From: Candidatus Parcubacteria bacterium | GTDB lineage: Bacteria; Patescibacteriota; Patescibacteriia; Patescibacteriales; UBA12075 | Assembly (NCBI GenBank): GCA_002869165.1 | Contig: PKTK01000011.1 | Coordinates: 1-49,593 of the forward strand | DNA length: 49,593 bases | Direction: 5' to 3' | Part shown: piece after piece, positions 48,229 to 49,593 of the stretch | Numbering within the stretch: the stretch's first letter is position 1 | Layout of the letters: the number at the start of each line of letters is the position of its first letter | Position numbers and translations under genes: made by a program | Notes under the pieces: generated by a model | What the model was told of the DNA's origin: nothing | The model's input: only the letters and a program-made list of their open reading frames with translations | Databases searched by the model: none

Positions 48229-48423
48229 TCATGACATAGAGGGTTGTTTTTTAAACAGCTTACGAACCCCCAGACCGAGAAACACATACTTTAGTACAAA
48301 GACTAAAACGAATGTGCTGGCTACGATGTTCGGATCGTAACCTACGAACAGAGCACTATTGCTCATATACGTACCGATCCATTGAACAAGGCCAAGCAGC
48401 AGAAAAATTGCAAAGTATAGCAT
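48229..48423 (-). CDS. Small two-TM membrane protein
   Basis: AGGAG RBS; hydrophobic. Confidence 0.65.
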   Translation of the reverse strand: MLYFAIFLLLGLVQWIGTYMSNSALFVGYDPNIVASTFVLVFVLKYVFLGLGVRKLFKKQPSMS

Positions 48424-48455
48424 TTTAGTCTCCTGTAATATGACATTTATTTGTT

Positions 48456-48622
48456 AATTTCCCAAAACTTCGCAAAGGCTTGTTTTATAAATTGCGCACA
48501 ATAAAACTTCGCGGAAAAATTGTGCTAGATATTGTTTATAGAATCTGGAATGCTAAATTTTTATAATTCATTCCTTGTTTCATACAAGCATATCTTGACC
48601 CTTTGCGAAGTTTTGGGAAATT
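48456..48622. repeat. 167-bp element with perfect 23-bp terminal inverted repeats
   Basis: AATTTCCCAAAACTTCGCAAAGG / CCTTTGCGAAGTTTTGGGAAATT; internal AAAACTTCGC at about 48503. Confidence 0.8.
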
Positions 48623-48977
48623 CCACCCTCACCCCTTGGAAGAATTCTTTTTTAATTCTCACCACCCCTCCATCTCCATTCTTCAAACAAGAAGGAATAG
48701 GAAAGGATGATACTCTTAACAAATAATTCTTCAAAAAGGTGAGGGTATTTAATTGTCAATGAACTTTCCGTTCTGCACGACAAGCATGTTTTCAGGATTA
48801 ATTGTTTTAGAATTTAAACTACTTTTGATAATCTTTTTCTATTGACCTTTCCCTTGATTTAATTATTTAGTAGAAAGAATATCTAGAAAATGTTATATAT
48901 TTGTAGTTTTTGTTACCGCAGAGACTTGTGGTCAAAATCCGTAGTTTTTTGCATCAGGCTGTTTAGCTTGATATGTC

Positions 48978-49006
48978 AGTATAGCATACATTTTGAATCT
49001 TGTCAA
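48978..49006 (-). promoter_or_regulatory. Strong sigma70 promoter facing the second array
   Basis: TTGACA-17-TATACT with extended TG. Confidence 0.7.
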
Positions 49007-49139
49007 GACTTTCTAACACATTTTTCTATATAATGGCACTATTTATTTAATATTAGATAAATATTTATGTTATTATATGTTAATGAAATATTACATAATC
49101 AATAAAAACAAAAAAATACCTACTTTTTGTTGGCAGGTA

Positions 49140-49168
49140 TTGACAAATAATTAAATATATGATATAAT
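49140..49168 (+). promoter_or_regulatory. Consensus sigma70 promoter
   Basis: TTGACA-17-TATAAT with extended TG. Confidence 0.75.
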
Positions 49169-49220
49169 GATATATCGAACCTTAAAAAGCAATTTTACAT
49201 TAATTTCCACAGGAGATATC

Positions 49221-49436
49221 ATGAGCAAATGTATCAAATTTTTCATTGGAACCCCGAAGAGAGCACTAGTTTCAATTATATTTGTAGCAGCAATCATCCT
49301 GCTTGACAAAGCGGGGTTAGCAGCGCCGATGATTGATCGGCTTATGCAAGAAACCATCGGTCGTTTCATGGGACCTGTGGTTACAATCGTAGTTCTGATT
49401 GTAATTTTCAGAACAATTCTTGGTGGAAGAAAATAA
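49221..49436 (+). CDS. Small two-TM membrane protein (71 aa)
   Basis: AGGAG RBS before ATG 49221; downstream of the consensus promoter. Confidence 0.65.
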   Translation: MSKCIKFFIGTPKRALVSIIFVAAIILLDKAGLAAPMIDRLMQETIGRFMGPVVTIVVLIVIFRTILGGRK

Positions 49437-49593
49437 CACAGTTAAACCTATAACCAGGAGGTGAGCCATGGGTGGCTAACTAACACCGAAAGGTAAACCA
49501 GTCCCAGAAGTCTTGGGACTGGAACCTAGTAGGAGTTAGAACATCTCATAACATAAGAAGGAGAGACAACAGTGAACGGCTAGAATGTCAAAC

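Overview
AT-rich bacterial window whose gene content suggests a CPR/Patescibacteria (Parcubacteria-like) genome; the taxonomy is inferred, not verified. Left part: GT2 glycosyltransferase, bacteriohemerythrin, an operon of a membrane-anchored HTH protein and two giant paralogous FN3-like repeat surface proteins (the second split by one in-frame TAG), a type IV pilin, tRNA-Pro(GGG), comEC, prfB and a RelB-like antitoxin with a Fic pseudogene. Centre (25437-35343), the main discovery: an atypical integron-like system. A tyrosine recombinase lacking the IntI-specific insertion diverges from about 12 cassettes. These are separated by branched attC-like sites (AAC-stem-hairpin A-CCCAAA-hairpin B-CTT-stem-GTT). 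Most cassettes have complementary ends, some are ORF-less, and two sites carry cargo inside hairpin A: a 93-aa gene and a tRNA-like RNA with its own promoter and terminator. Right part: two candidate rod-like ncRNAs, htrA, MGMT, nrdR-nrdD (with a separate 45-aa glycyl-radical ORF)-nrdG with NrdR boxes, and an EndoQ-like nuclease. It ends in a second repeat-delimited array (45424-48622, minus strand) holding a DUF1874/AcrIII-1-like ring nuclease, two homologous structured ncRNA candidates and an ArfA/BrfA-like ORF with an internal terminator. All calls come from reading motifs by eye; no database searches were run.
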